Assembly (NCBI GenBank): GCA_900128395.1
Contig: LT649306.1
Span: 1 to 40,701, forward strand
Direction: 5' to 3'
DNA length: 40,701 nucleotides
Origin: Stramenopiles sp. TOSAG23-2
Taxonomy: Eukaryota
Both the position numbers and the translations under genes were made by a program. Position 1 is the first letter of the stretch; every line of letters begins with the position of its first letter. Shown here piece after piece: positions 9,567-20,334 of the stretch. A model generated the notes under the pieces. The model did no database searches. It was not told the origin of the DNA and saw only the letters and a program-made list of their open reading frames with translations.

Positions 9567-12362
9567 TTATAAACAACTGAAAACAATGTTTGTAACTTCT
9601 TCATCTTCACTTCTTACGCCCATTTTGATCAACACACCGCCATTTTTAGAATCAACAACCAATTGGACACGTGCTAAAACTTTATTATTTCCACAAAAAC
9701 TTCCACCCAACATTAACATATGTTTCATTGCTTCTGATGGAACTGATGCAGTACCTTCACATGGTTGCATACCTAAAGCATCGATAATTGCTGCTACTGC
9801 ATCACCAATTGTTTTAAATTGGCGCAATGCTAGCTTATCAGTTTTCTCTGCTGAGTTGCCTATTTGCTCCCATGCTGAGCGGAAATTACCAACATTTACT
9901 CTCGCCATGAAATCAGCAGGTCCAATTTCAACATCTTCAAATGGGAATTCTTCTGCATACCCTTCGTCATCTTCATCTATCATCTCTCCTGTAGATTTAT
10001 CGACATCATGTGTCGTAAATCGCAATTCGCATGGAAATGACACTGCATCAAAGCTATCGGAACCATATTCCTCATTACGCAATAAACATACGTAACATTT
10101 ATCTGGTTTACCAAATGGTATTTTCTCACATGCAACGGTTGCATGGATGGACCATACTTCCTCCTCTTCTAATTCCAATGCAACTTGAACATTCTTCAAC
10201 AATTGGTCGTCAATGGTGTTATTAACGTTAAATTGCAAAACCATATGTTCACTAAAAGTATGTTTAATACATTGCACGGTATATTCAACTTCATCTTCAG
10301 TTAATTTAACTGGCATGCTTGATTTTAAAAGTGTTCCTAACCCTGCAAATTCAGGAATATTGTATAATTCCGCAGCATAATTATCATCGACAACATCAGC
10401 TGCTGCATTATCAGCACCTGCATTATCATCCACTTCAATAATACCTGCATCTTCTTGTAAACTTGTTGTCCGTTCAACGCGTTCATCTTCATATCCTCTT
10501 TCACTTGTACTACCTAATTGTACATTCAACGATTCGATGGACAATGGTCCTGGTGCTGGGCGAGCTTTGTATGCAATAAGTGCTTTTTCCAATGCACGTA
10601 CGCTCATACCGCTTGGCAAACCATCTTTAATGATATTTAACGAAGCCTCGACATTATCCTTTGCACTTAACATGGTAACGTACGATGTTGCACGGTCGCG
10701 AACTTCATCATCATCATCCGTTTGTGCTCGACGTAATAAAATCAAAACTTCATCACGCAATCCATCTACGGATGCGGCTAACTTTGCCAATGCACTTACT
10801 GCAGCAGCACGTACTGGTGGAATTTCTAAAATCACTCGATTATATATAAATCGAATGTAGCGTCCAGGATGTGGCGTAGTAGGTGCTAATTCACCTAATA
10901 ATTGTAAAATTTTTACTGACAATTGCGGAAATTCACAATCTTCAATAAACTCGCCTAATGCATTCAAACCTTCAATTTTCATTTCAGGCACTTGATTCAA
11001 TAAATCTAAAATGGCATCTACAATTGCTTTTTTAAACTGAAAGCCACCTTCCTCCCTCAATGCATTGTGTAAAAATGCAAGCATGGAACGATGTTTCGAT
11101 GGATATTTTAAACATAAAACTTTAATAGCTTTCACTATTACAACTTTAAATTCATCCCCAATTTCAGACATGAAAGATGATATCTGTTTCATTAATCTAT
11201 CAACGCTTGATTCCCCACCAGTTTTCAACAACGTTGTGATTGCCAATGTAGCAATAGAACGGTTTGAATCTTGTATCATGGTTTCCATATCTTCATTGCA
11301 TTTTGTAACGCTCATTGGATGTTTCAATGCTACTTGACTCAATGTACGTACAGCAGCAAAGCGATACACCGGCTTTCCGCTTCCTAAAAATAATTGCAAT
11401 GCAGTTACAGCGGGGGATATATCTTGCGGCGTGGCGTCTGGTAAGTTACAGATTGCCCTTGCAGCTTCAAACAAAACCATTTCGTCTTTATCTCGTAAGC
11501 ACATTTCTAAAAATGAATATGCAGCACGTGCCTCTTTTGCTGGTAAATCTTTATTAGCATTCATCATACGTATCGTATAACGTATCAACATACAGGTAGC
11601 TAATGAACTATGTAATGTATTGCCACGACTTAGGCCAGATACTAATTTAGACACAGCCAATCGATCGTGCTGTTTGATACGATATAGCAACGTCAACGCA
11701 TGGTATTGTACCATGGCGCTATTACTATTCATTGCTTCTTGTACTTCATTTGTCCAACGACGTACGATATCTGCATTGTCGTTTAACAAATGGTGTCCAG
11801 AAACAATAGCACTACTTGATACCATACTAGTTGGATCAACAATTGCTTGTTTTATATATCGATCAATTTGACTGAGCATATTACCATCAATGATTTTACA
11901 AAGAACACGTAATGCATTTGCTTTGAACAATGGCTTCTTGCTGTTAACATCCTTTGTTAAACTACTTGTAACAATAATAACTTCCTCAGCAGCAGTTGCC
12001 TCGACAACCTCTTTAATAAATAAGTACATCATACGCCTTAACATAGGTGCTTGTGATTGAAATAAACGTGTCACACCAAAAAATACTTCTGTAGCCTCTG
12101 TAGGAGTAAACGTATCACCTTGCACTAATAAGTATAGCAGTTTCGTTAACAGTTCACAACATTCTCCAGGTCGTTTACTAACAAAATTTGCATCGTTAAA
12201 GTTTCTACATTCTTGCAAAACAGCTGCTTTTTCCAAATGTTGGAAAGAAGCTTCATATTCTGCATCTTCATCTTTAAACTTTTCCCTCATACTGGACAAT
12301 TCCCTCATAAAGGTTCCAACTAAAGATGGGTTTCCCTCTTCATCTTGTTGCATCTGTGACAT
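9567..12362 (-). CDS. COPG: Coatomer subunit gamma (COPI)
   Basis: LEKAAVLQECR, LRRMMYLFIKE, VIIVTSSLTKD, DSNRSIATLAITTLLKTGGESSVDRLMKQI, LREEGGFQFK, EFIEDCEF, YIRFIYNRVILE, DDEVRDRAT; 931 aa. Confidence 0.98.
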   Translation of the reverse strand: MSQMQQDEEGNPSLVGTFMRELSSMREKFKDEDAEYEASFQHLEKAAVLQECRNFNDANFVSKRPGECCELLTKLLYLLVQGDTFTPTEATEVFFGVTRLFQSQAPMLRRMMYLFIKEVVEATAAEEVIIVTSSLTKDVNSKKPLFKANALRVLCKIIDGNMLSQIDRYIKQAIVDPTSMVSSSAIVSGHHLLNDNADIVRRWTNEVQEAMNSNSAMVQYHALTLLYRIKQHDRLAVSKLVSGLSRGNTLHSSLATCMLIRYTIRMMNANKDLPAKEARAAYSFLEMCLRDKDEMVLFEAARAICNLPDATPQDISPAVTALQLFLGSGKPVYRFAAVRTLSQVALKHPMSVTKCNEDMETMIQDSNRSIATLAITTLLKTGGESSVDRLMKQISSFMSEIGDEFKVVIVKAIKVLCLKYPSKHRSMLAFLHNALREEGGFQFKKAIVDAILDLLNQVPEMKIEGLNALGEFIEDCEFPQLSVKILQLLGELAPTTPHPGRYIRFIYNRVILEIPPVRAAAVSALAKLAASVDGLRDEVLILLRRAQTDDDDEVRDRATSYVTMLSAKDNVEASLNIIKDGLPSGMSVRALEKALIAYKARPAPGPLSIESLNVQLGSTSERGYEDERVERTTSLQEDAGIIEVDDNAGADNAAADVVDDNYAAELYNIPEFAGLGTLLKSSMPVKLTEDEVEYTVQCIKHTFSEHMVLQFNVNNTIDDQLLKNVQVALELEEEEVWSIHATVACEKIPFGKPDKCYVCLLRNEEYGSDSFDAVSFPCELRFTTHDVDKSTGEMIDEDDEGYAEEFPFEDVEIGPADFMARVNVGNFRSAWEQIGNSAEKTDKLALRQFKTIGDAVAAIIDALGMQPCEGTASVPSEAMKHMLMLGGSFCGNNKVLARVQLVVDSKNGGVLIKMGVRSEDEEVTNIVFSCL

Positions 12363-12948
12363 GATGTTGTTTATGGGTATATATATTTATATATATATGT
12401 ATATTGCAATGTATCTGTTACTACGTATCTCTTGTATATATATATTTATCTATATTAAAATTTACAATCCAGTCATTCATTCATTTTTTTGTATTAAGTA
12501 TACTTTAACTTTTGTTGATGATGATGTGTGGTGTTAAAATCGATTTTATTTATTTTTATTATTTTTGTTGCTTTTCTTGGGATTTCGCCTTGGGTTTGTA
12601 CTTCTGTAGGTAGTAATAATGCTGTGGTATAGTGTTATATGGTTCAATGGTATGTACCTAGTAATAACCTACAAAGAACATGAAAAAAAATGTACACATT
12701 ATGTACTTTCATTGGCCACATGATGGCTTGCCTTGGGCTTTCCTGCTAGAATGTTCTCGTTCAGAAGAATGATGCAAATTGTCACAACCAGGTATTGCTA
12801 CACAGCCATTAATTTTTATTTTCAAATTTTTGAACCTTGAATTAAAAATGTAAATATTAAAGGGCCATTCTGTGTAAAAGTCTTTCATGGTGACTAGACA
12901 CATGGGCTGGACAGTTATCTATACAATCCAACTATATATATATACAAA

Positions 12949-13479
12949 ATGCCAAAAGTAACATTACAAAAAGGTAGGAGTTCCACATGCATTAATACCG
13001 CAAAATTGCTTGAGAATTTAGGCTATTGCATCGTTGCAATGCCGGATTTTTTGATGGAACTAAGACGTACGAGACAATGCAAAGGACAACGATTACGGCA
13101 TCTTGATTCGTCATAATGCTAATTATGATGGTGAAATGATCAATGATGGAGATGTTGGGGAAAATTGCTCTTGGACCCCTGTGTCTATGCTAGACTATAT
13201 CCCATGCTGTGTCTATGGGACCTTTCGATTTTACTATTAGGACCACAAAAAAATATAGCAATTGATATATTTACTGCAATAAGCAATAGAGCTACTATTG
13301 CTATACTAATACGCCTTATTATTATTAGCCAAAAAAATGATGATAAAGTAATAAGGGATAGTGCGATAGATATATATTTGTTTTGTATATACAACTTGTA
13401 TACAAAAGTAAATAATTGATCCACCACAGCACCACACATATTATGGAGAGACAAAAATAGAGAGGAAGCTTTAATATAA
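12949..13479 (+). pseudogene. Possible degraded gene or multi-exon small gene
   Basis: (TA)n-ACAAA-ATG start context like neighbouring genes. Overlapping short open frames 12949-13116, 13064-13240 and 13165-13419 with coding-like GC content. No family recognised. Confidence 0.25.
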
Positions 13480-13603
13480 TCATTTAAATTGAAATATACA
13501 TATATAAAGAAAACAGATAAAGATAAAAATCAAGTCCAGAAATATATATATACACACATATTATAACAGAATATACAAATTATATTAACCAATAAAAAAA
13601 AAT

Positions 13604-15844
13604 ATGGCTGGAAAACGGTCTAATTCAACGTCTAATATTGGATGTTTATCATTTCAACTTATTGCATTGAAAGACATTGATAGTAATCTAACACGTTTAA
13701 AAGGTTCGCCAAAACTAGGGAAAGCAGTAGAGAAAAGAAGGCATGAAATGGAACCATATTTAAATCAAAAAACATCAGTTATATTCACCGAAATGCAAGT
13801 TGGTACTAGTAGAGTATACAAATCTAAATCAGTAAAGTTATATCCACGTGGTAAAATATCCTTTGCCTGTATATTTGATGAATTTTTCAGTATTAATTTG
13901 CATATGGGAGATTTAAGTCAATTAGCAGCAAGTCAGAAAAATCCGACGATCAATATTCGTATATTTTGCCAGCAAAAGAAGAACAATAATTATCCTATAT
14001 TATTAGGTTTATGTAAAATACCATTTATACATTTAAATGAAAGTATGGTTGAAGAAAATGTTCAAATTAAATTGAATTCTAACTTATTTGCTGTTTTTAA
14101 CGATGGTACAACAATAACACCAATTTTGCAATGCAAAGTTCAATGGTCCATGTCTATGTCACAAAATGATTTTGATGCAATTTTATTAAAAGAAGTGGTA
14201 TCGGAAAATGTTCGATTTTCATCAAAAGCTGCTGCTATTGTGCATAATGAATCATTAAGTTTAAGTGTTAGTAATCAAAATTTTTTACGATTCATAGTTG
14301 CATCGGAAGAAATGTTTAATGCAATGGATTTAATATTAGCTATATTATTATGGCAAAAACCAGCTATAACAACCTTATTATTGATGATAATTAATATTTT
14401 ATGTTTATATGGATTAGAATTTGCTGTTGTAGGACCATTATCACTTACTGCAATAACATTGTGGTTTTTTGTCAATCCATCTTCTTATATAAATAGCCAT
14501 TTTACAAAAAAACAAATTAATGTGAACAATCCTAATAATCCTAATAATAATAATAATAATAGCAGAAGCAACAGTAATTCTGTTTTGGGACATCGTAGCT
14601 ATAGCAATAATAACAACAACAACAACAGTAACAGCAGTATGAGTATGAAAACAAATCAAACAATGAATAATAATGGTAATATTAATCAGAGCGATTACAT
14701 ACCACGTAGTCTTCGTTCAACAACATTAGCGGAAAAATTGAATAATTTCAAATCTATTCAAAATTTTATGAAATTATTTTCCGATTTAATTGATGGAATA
14801 TTTTATTTTTTTGAAGTGTCATTAAATGATCCATTAATGAGAATCAAAGCGCGAACTACACTTATTACTAGTGTAATTGTGTTAGTAATTTTTATTAAAT
14901 ACATTCCAACACATATGATATGGTTAATGTTTTGGTGGGTTTTCTTTTTATTTGGTAATCCATATGTTCAAGCTGTCTTTGCTATTATACGTTTTAAAAT
15001 ATATAGAATGAAAGAAAGTACTATAACAACTCATGATGAATATATACATGAAAAATTTGATAATCAACGGGATAAAGCTTTTATTACAACTGAATATACT
15101 AGATGGTGGGTTGGAGCTGGTTGGAAACTTCAATCATTCCATCCAAAGCCAATGGAAAAAGTTTCGCTACCAGAACATTTGAAATGGAAAGGGTTATGGG
15201 AAGTCGATTTATACGATGACGATCATGAATATGAATACAACTCAGGGTTTGTTGGTGATACAAATTGGCATGAAGTTATGAAATCTGGTGATTTTTTAAG
15301 AAGACGGCGTTGGATACGAAGAGTCAAAAAAGCTAGAAAAAAGAAAAATTTAAGATCCAATAGCAATAATAACAATGATAACATTAATACCACTATAAAT
15401 GAATTAAATGGGAATATGATTAATGCAAATGATCGAATGCGAACATTTAGCACTAGTAGTAATGATTCAGATAGCAGTACAACTAGTAATGGTGTAAATA
15501 ATGATGAAATGACTGGAACTATTATTGAATTTGTCATTTTCGAAAATGAACGATGGTGGGTTGGAACAGGTTTTAGACATAAATTTTGGCCACATGAAAA
15601 AATATTTAAATTTACAGACAATGAAGGAAATCCAAAGACAATGAAAGAAATTGATCAAACTGAAAAAGTTTTGCAAAGTGATGGTAACTCACATTGGATA
15701 GATCATTGGCATATTGTTGACGAGGGTTGGCATTATGCAACAGATTTTTCGGATTTAACGAAATTTAAACGAAAAGATAAGATGAGTTCATGGGATTATT
15801 GTAGACGAAGGAAATGGGTGAGGAATTTAAAAAAGAAGGTATAA
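13604..15844 (+). CDS. Membrane protein with a C2-like N-terminus, reticulon-like hydrophobic hairpins and two DysF (dysferlin/Pex30-type) domains
   Basis: C2-like FDEFFSI..INIRIF..LLGLCKIPF. LLWQKPAITT plus two hydrophobic blocks. DysF motifs TRWWVGAGW..WEVD..YEY..DFLRRRRWIR and ENERWWVGTGF..WHIVDEGWHYATDF..CRRRKWVR. Confidence 0.75.
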   Translation: MAGKRSNSTSNIGCLSFQLIALKDIDSNLTRLKGSPKLGKAVEKRRHEMEPYLNQKTSVIFTEMQVGTSRVYKSKSVKLYPRGKISFACIFDEFFSINLHMGDLSQLAASQKNPTINIRIFCQQKKNNNYPILLGLCKIPFIHLNESMVEENVQIKLNSNLFAVFNDGTTITPILQCKVQWSMSMSQNDFDAILLKEVVSENVRFSSKAAAIVHNESLSLSVSNQNFLRFIVASEEMFNAMDLILAILLWQKPAITTLLLMIINILCLYGLEFAVVGPLSLTAITLWFFVNPSSYINSHFTKKQINVNNPNNPNNNNNNSRSNSNSVLGHRSYSNNNNNNNSNSSMSMKTNQTMNNNGNINQSDYIPRSLRSTTLAEKLNNFKSIQNFMKLFSDLIDGIFYFFEVSLNDPLMRIKARTTLITSVIVLVIFIKYIPTHMIWLMFWWVFFLFGNPYVQAVFAIIRFKIYRMKESTITTHDEYIHEKFDNQRDKAFITTEYTRWWVGAGWKLQSFHPKPMEKVSLPEHLKWKGLWEVDLYDDDHEYEYNSGFVGDTNWHEVMKSGDFLRRRRWIRRVKKARKKKNLRSNSNNNNDNINTTINELNGNMINANDRMRTFSTSSNDSDSSTTSNGVNNDEMTGTIIEFVIFENERWWVGTGFRHKFWPHEKIFKFTDNEGNPKTMKEIDQTEKVLQSDGNSHWIDHWHIVDEGWHYATDFSDLTKFKRKDKMSSWDYCRRRKWVRNLKKKV

Positions 15845-16291
15845 AAAGGACTTTTTTTTTCAATGTACGTGGATCCTTGTATGTGATGATGGGGGGCTTT
15901 ACTCAATGCGAATAAATATATTACTTCACGTATATTTAATACATGTGCACCATGTTTTATACGACCGTTCGTAAAAACTTTTAATTTTTTTATGCCAATA
16001 AATCTAATATTAATAAAGTAATTTTATTTTATTTTTTTTTTGTATTGTGCTGTGCTATTTTCAACATCCTATTTATTTTCAATTTTATATAGTATATTAA
16101 CAAGTATAACAAAGTACCAGTATTTTAACAACCGCGTTATAATAGGTACATTTTATGCACTTATCACATTGATGTGGTTGACCACACCTCACACACACAC
16201 ATTTGTGTAAATAGAACATTAGAAACTATTACTTTTCACATCTCCCACTGTAACTCTTCAAATGAGTTACAGCAATAAACGCACAAGGTTT

Positions 16292-16371
16292 GTAAGACAA
16301 AACTAATAATTGTATTGTGAAAAATCACGAATAACATATTCTGATCTTTATTGGTTGGCTTTTTATTATAG
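16292..16371 (+). other. Candidate spliceosomal intron in the 5' leader of the 16429 gene
   Basis: GTAAGA donor at 16292 (alternative AG|GTTTGT at 16288), CTGAT branch-like site at 16341, T-rich tract and TAG|G acceptor at 16371. Confidence 0.4.
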
Positions 16372-16428
16372 GAAACCTTTCACATCCCATGCCAGATCTC
16401 TTAACCATAACAAACCTTTCGCAATATC

Positions 16429-17382
16429 ATGGACGTAACAATAACACACCCCACTAAACAATCAAAGACGGCTTGGATGGACAAGGAGAAGAAATATGAA
16501 GTTGATGGAATTAACCATCAATCTATAAGTAGTGATTCAATGGCAAATGTTATCACTAATTTAGGTATAACAGCTGCTTTGATGGCAAGCATTGCTTTGT
16601 CGATTATTCTAACCGTAACAAAAGAAGAACTCATTGCCGGCGATATATTGAGGCTTTCACAAAAAAATCCTGCATTCAGGCATCACTTTAGTCCCAATAC
16701 AACTTTGAATCTTTGCTTTGGAAATTATAAAAAGAGTAGTGAAAAATATCGACCACAAGATCGTGTTGATACACCTGGAACTGAAAATCAGGGTATAACT
16801 CAATATTATTGGAATAAATGCAGAGGTAAAAACCTAATTGAGTCATCTCGCATAGCCAGTTTGGTAACACCAGAAAAATATGAAGAATGGCTTTACACAG
16901 AGACTGATGGAAAAGCAAATTTTTGGCATGTTGGAAAAAACGATATGCCATCTAAACTTCTTGCACGGGACGGCTTCATTACGTGTGTCTTATATTTGGC
17001 TGCAGTATTCGTATCGTTAGTTCTTTTAATAAGTTTAGAATTTTCAGGTGCAAGAAAGGATCCGAAACATTTTAAACAATGGTATAAGCTTGGAGTTTTT
17101 CAAGTTGTAATAGGGTATTTATTATTAATGGCAGCATGCATCGAATTTATCATTGCTATGTCTGCGGTTATTATGATACGTTTTCCACTTTTGGGGCATA
17201 GCAATATGTGGCAATGGGAAGTTAATCTTGGATTTTGGATTTTAGTTGGACTGTCTATAGTAATATCATCATGTCAGTTCATACAAGTTATATCTTGCCA
17301 CAAATTGACATGTGGCAAATGCGGGAAGAAAATTTATGCCGACGATAGATTTGGAAAGGAGGTAATTCCAGCTGACAATTAG
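16429..17382 (+). CDS. Hypothetical protein with about 4 transmembrane helices
   Basis: 317-aa ORF. One N-terminal TM segment (NLGITAALMASIALSIIL), a long soluble loop, then three hydrophobic segments. Confidence 0.8.
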   Translation: MDVTITHPTKQSKTAWMDKEKKYEVDGINHQSISSDSMANVITNLGITAALMASIALSIILTVTKEELIAGDILRLSQKNPAFRHHFSPNTTLNLCFGNYKKSSEKYRPQDRVDTPGTENQGITQYYWNKCRGKNLIESSRIASLVTPEKYEEWLYTETDGKANFWHVGKNDMPSKLLARDGFITCVLYLAAVFVSLVLLISLEFSGARKDPKHFKQWYKLGVFQVVIGYLLLMAACIEFIIAMSAVIMIRFPLLGHSNMWQWEVNLGFWILVGLSIVISSCQFIQVISCHKLTCGKCGKKIYADDRFGKEVIPADN

Positions 17383-17544
17383 AAAGAGTCCTCTCTGAAA
17401 TAATATCAATAAATTATCAAATATTTATATATCAATATTAAAAAGTACTTCATTATATATACTCTTCGTAACTTTTTCTACGAAGTACTATATTTTTATT
17501 TTTACTGACACTGCAACACGCATTTGCGCTTGTGTGTATATTAC

Positions 17545-20334
17545 TTAACTTGGTTCATATCCGCTCTTTTCATTATTTGATTTCATCCTAGGTGGCGTAT
17601 GTGGGGCATATTGTTGTGCACGTCGACTAACTTTATGATGAATAGCATTATCCTCGATTTCACCAAGAATTAAGCCATCAGAGAGATTATTGTTATTATT
17701 TTCATCAATGATTTCATGTTCATATATCATATTCATTTTACCTGTCATTATTGGCGAATGTTTTTCATTTAAACTTGGTAACTTTGGTACAGAATCATTA
17801 TTATTATTATTGAACAATTGTTCTTGCCTTCGTTGAGATTTAATATCCCTACCCCTGGAAAAGACTTTACTGTTGGTATTATTACTATTATTATTTTTTG
17901 ATTTATTTATATTCGTTTTTCTATCTTTAACAGTACTACTTTTTGGACCAGCAGTTGATGGCTTTTTATAATTAATTTGATTTTCATTTGATAGACTAGC
18001 GCTGCTACCTTTTTTTATTTTACCAGCTTTTTTCTTCCATGCCGTAGCTGCTTTTCTTACTTTAGAAAATTCAGCAATATCTTGCTTACGTGTATTTTGC
18101 AATTCTTCAATTTGTTTTTTATATTGATTTTCGCGTTTATACACGTTACGTTTGAATTCCTCGCCATTTTCAATCAAAGAACTTAATTGCTCACTCAATA
18201 ATTCTATATCTTGTCTTAAAGAATTTTCATTTTTCTTAAATTGATCATTTTGATCTTGAACAACAGTTTGAAACTTTTTTTGATCTTTCTCTTTTGCAAT
18301 TTTCAATTTTTGGAAATCATTCTCTAACAATTTAAGTTGTTCGTTTTTACGATGAATTTCAGTGTCCTTTGCATTTATTTCCTTTCTGTAATTTTTCAAC
18401 GTTTCAACACTAGCATTGTGTGTTACCTCCTTTATTTTCAATTGGTCATTTAATTCTTTTATATCTTTACGCAAATTCGATACGTATTCTTTGCTTTCAA
18501 GGACAAGTTTATTTTGCTCTTTTAGATCATTCGTCAATGTCATATTTTTTGTCTCAGCACTTGATAATTTAGATGTTAATTCGGAATTGTTTAGGCGTAA
18601 ATGTTCAATCTCACTGTTTTTTTCTTCCACATCTGATTCCGAATCTGATTGTGATTGTACAATATCATTAACCTTATCTCTCATTTGTTTGATTTGTCCA
18701 TCTGTCACTGTTATTAAATTTTGTTTTTCTTGGTTAAATGATTCTTTCAATGCATCTATCTCTGCCTGAAGTTGTAATCGTAATTCTTCCATTTCTTTTG
18801 TATGGATTTCTTCCATTTGTTCAATGGTAGCATTTTTCTCCGCAACTGTTTTTTTCAGACCTTGTATTTGTGCATGTAATTGCAAGGATTGGTTATTGAA
18901 ATCTTGATGCTCAGTAGATGCTAATTTTAAATCATTAATCTCATCAACTTGTTTTTTAACCTCGTTCTCTTTGGTTTCCAATCCTAATTTCAATTCTTCG
19001 TTTTCTTGGCGTAATATTTTTATCTCTTCTTGCAATGATTTGACTACTTGTTGTACACTTTCTATGCTGACGGCAGCGGCATCTGCGGTAGAGCGAGTAG
19101 CTTCCCTCATGGTTTCTTTCTCCAACTCGGCACTTTTTAAATCTTCCTCTAATCCATTAACACGATCTTTTTGCCTTTTAAGCTTGTTCAATAAACTTTC
19201 TTTTTCTAAACGTTCTTTATTTAATTCTATTTCCTTTTGCTTTAACTTTTCTTGCAATTCGCTTAAACGTGTTACTCTATCATTTACTTCATTCAATTTT
19301 TCATTTAATTCTTTTACTTTATTTTTTTCATTTTGAAAATGTTCATCTAATTTTTTCAATTTTTTATTATCCTCCGATGAATTCTTACGCTGCAACGATA
19401 AAGATTTTAATTTACTACGATGTTCTTCTAATTGGTGGCGTAAACGAGCTGCATCTGTTTCAGCTCCTTTTAATCTTTCTTTTAAGCTATTTTTTTCCTC
19501 TAGTAATTTTTGCATTTTCTCAGATATTGATTTTAATTCACTTGCAGCTTTTTTTTCTGCTAATTTTTTATCATTGTTTTTCAATTTATTTTGCATTCCT
19601 AAAATTAATTCCTCTTGTTGTTTACATTTTTCTTTCCATTTTTGCACTTCTTGCCTGGCAGATGTTCCAGCAGATCCAGATAATTCTAATTCTTTTTTTA
19701 ATTTTACGTATTCTTCCTTTAATGTGTCTAATGCTGCTTTTAAATCCCTAGCTCTTTTATCTGCAGCTGCCGCTGCTTTTTTGGCCGGGTTAGCACCTGC
19801 TGAACGTCCATTTGCTAATTGTAATTTCATAGCAAGTGCTTCATTTTCTTCTCTTAATTTTGCCAACTCTTTATTATTTGACATTTCACTACCTTGTACG
19901 TCTGTTGATAAACCAGCTTTTTCCAATCTTGCGGCTAATATTGCAATTGATTTCTCTGCATTTCTTAATTTTTCTGATAATGTAACACCTTTCATACCTT
20001 TTTGTGCTTTTTTCCATAATTGTTGTCCTCTAGAAATGGCATTTTTTTCACTCGCACTTTGTGCATCATTTTTTGCTTTTTCTTCCCATGATTTTAATCT
20101 TTTCTCACGCTCTAGTAAATCTTTCTCTTTTTCACTTAATCTTTCAACTTCACGTGCTAAGACGGCCACTTCATCAGGTTGCAATTGCCTTCCCATTTTT
20201 TCACTGTATAATTTATCATTTTTATGTTGTACTTTTCCATTACGTATTTGGTTACGTCCACGTTTATTATGGCCACCACCACGGTTTCTGGAAGAATTCG
20301 GTGCTCTATTTTGGTTTGATCCTCTTCGTTTCAT
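17545..20334 (-). CDS. Long coiled-coil protein of unknown function
   Basis: 929-aa ORF with E/K/L/Q-rich heptad pattern over roughly residues 55-760 and basic disordered ends. Confidence 0.85.
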   Translation of the reverse strand: MKRRGSNQNRAPNSSRNRGGGHNKRGRNQIRNGKVQHKNDKLYSEKMGRQLQPDEVAVLAREVERLSEKEKDLLEREKRLKSWEEKAKNDAQSASEKNAISRGQQLWKKAQKGMKGVTLSEKLRNAEKSIAILAARLEKAGLSTDVQGSEMSNNKELAKLREENEALAMKLQLANGRSAGANPAKKAAAAADKRARDLKAALDTLKEEYVKLKKELELSGSAGTSARQEVQKWKEKCKQQEELILGMQNKLKNNDKKLAEKKAASELKSISEKMQKLLEEKNSLKERLKGAETDAARLRHQLEEHRSKLKSLSLQRKNSSEDNKKLKKLDEHFQNEKNKVKELNEKLNEVNDRVTRLSELQEKLKQKEIELNKERLEKESLLNKLKRQKDRVNGLEEDLKSAELEKETMREATRSTADAAAVSIESVQQVVKSLQEEIKILRQENEELKLGLETKENEVKKQVDEINDLKLASTEHQDFNNQSLQLHAQIQGLKKTVAEKNATIEQMEEIHTKEMEELRLQLQAEIDALKESFNQEKQNLITVTDGQIKQMRDKVNDIVQSQSDSESDVEEKNSEIEHLRLNNSELTSKLSSAETKNMTLTNDLKEQNKLVLESKEYVSNLRKDIKELNDQLKIKEVTHNASVETLKNYRKEINAKDTEIHRKNEQLKLLENDFQKLKIAKEKDQKKFQTVVQDQNDQFKKNENSLRQDIELLSEQLSSLIENGEEFKRNVYKRENQYKKQIEELQNTRKQDIAEFSKVRKAATAWKKKAGKIKKGSSASLSNENQINYKKPSTAGPKSSTVKDRKTNINKSKNNNSNNTNSKVFSRGRDIKSQRRQEQLFNNNNNDSVPKLPSLNEKHSPIMTGKMNMIYEHEIIDENNNNNLSDGLILGEIEDNAIHHKVSRRAQQYAPHTPPRMKSNNEKSGYEPS

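Noticed and set aside
12715-12840. C/D-box snoRNA or tRNA
   Set aside because: Only imperfect C-box-like ATGATG with no matching CTGA box and terminal stem; no cloverleaf seen here or elsewhere by eye.
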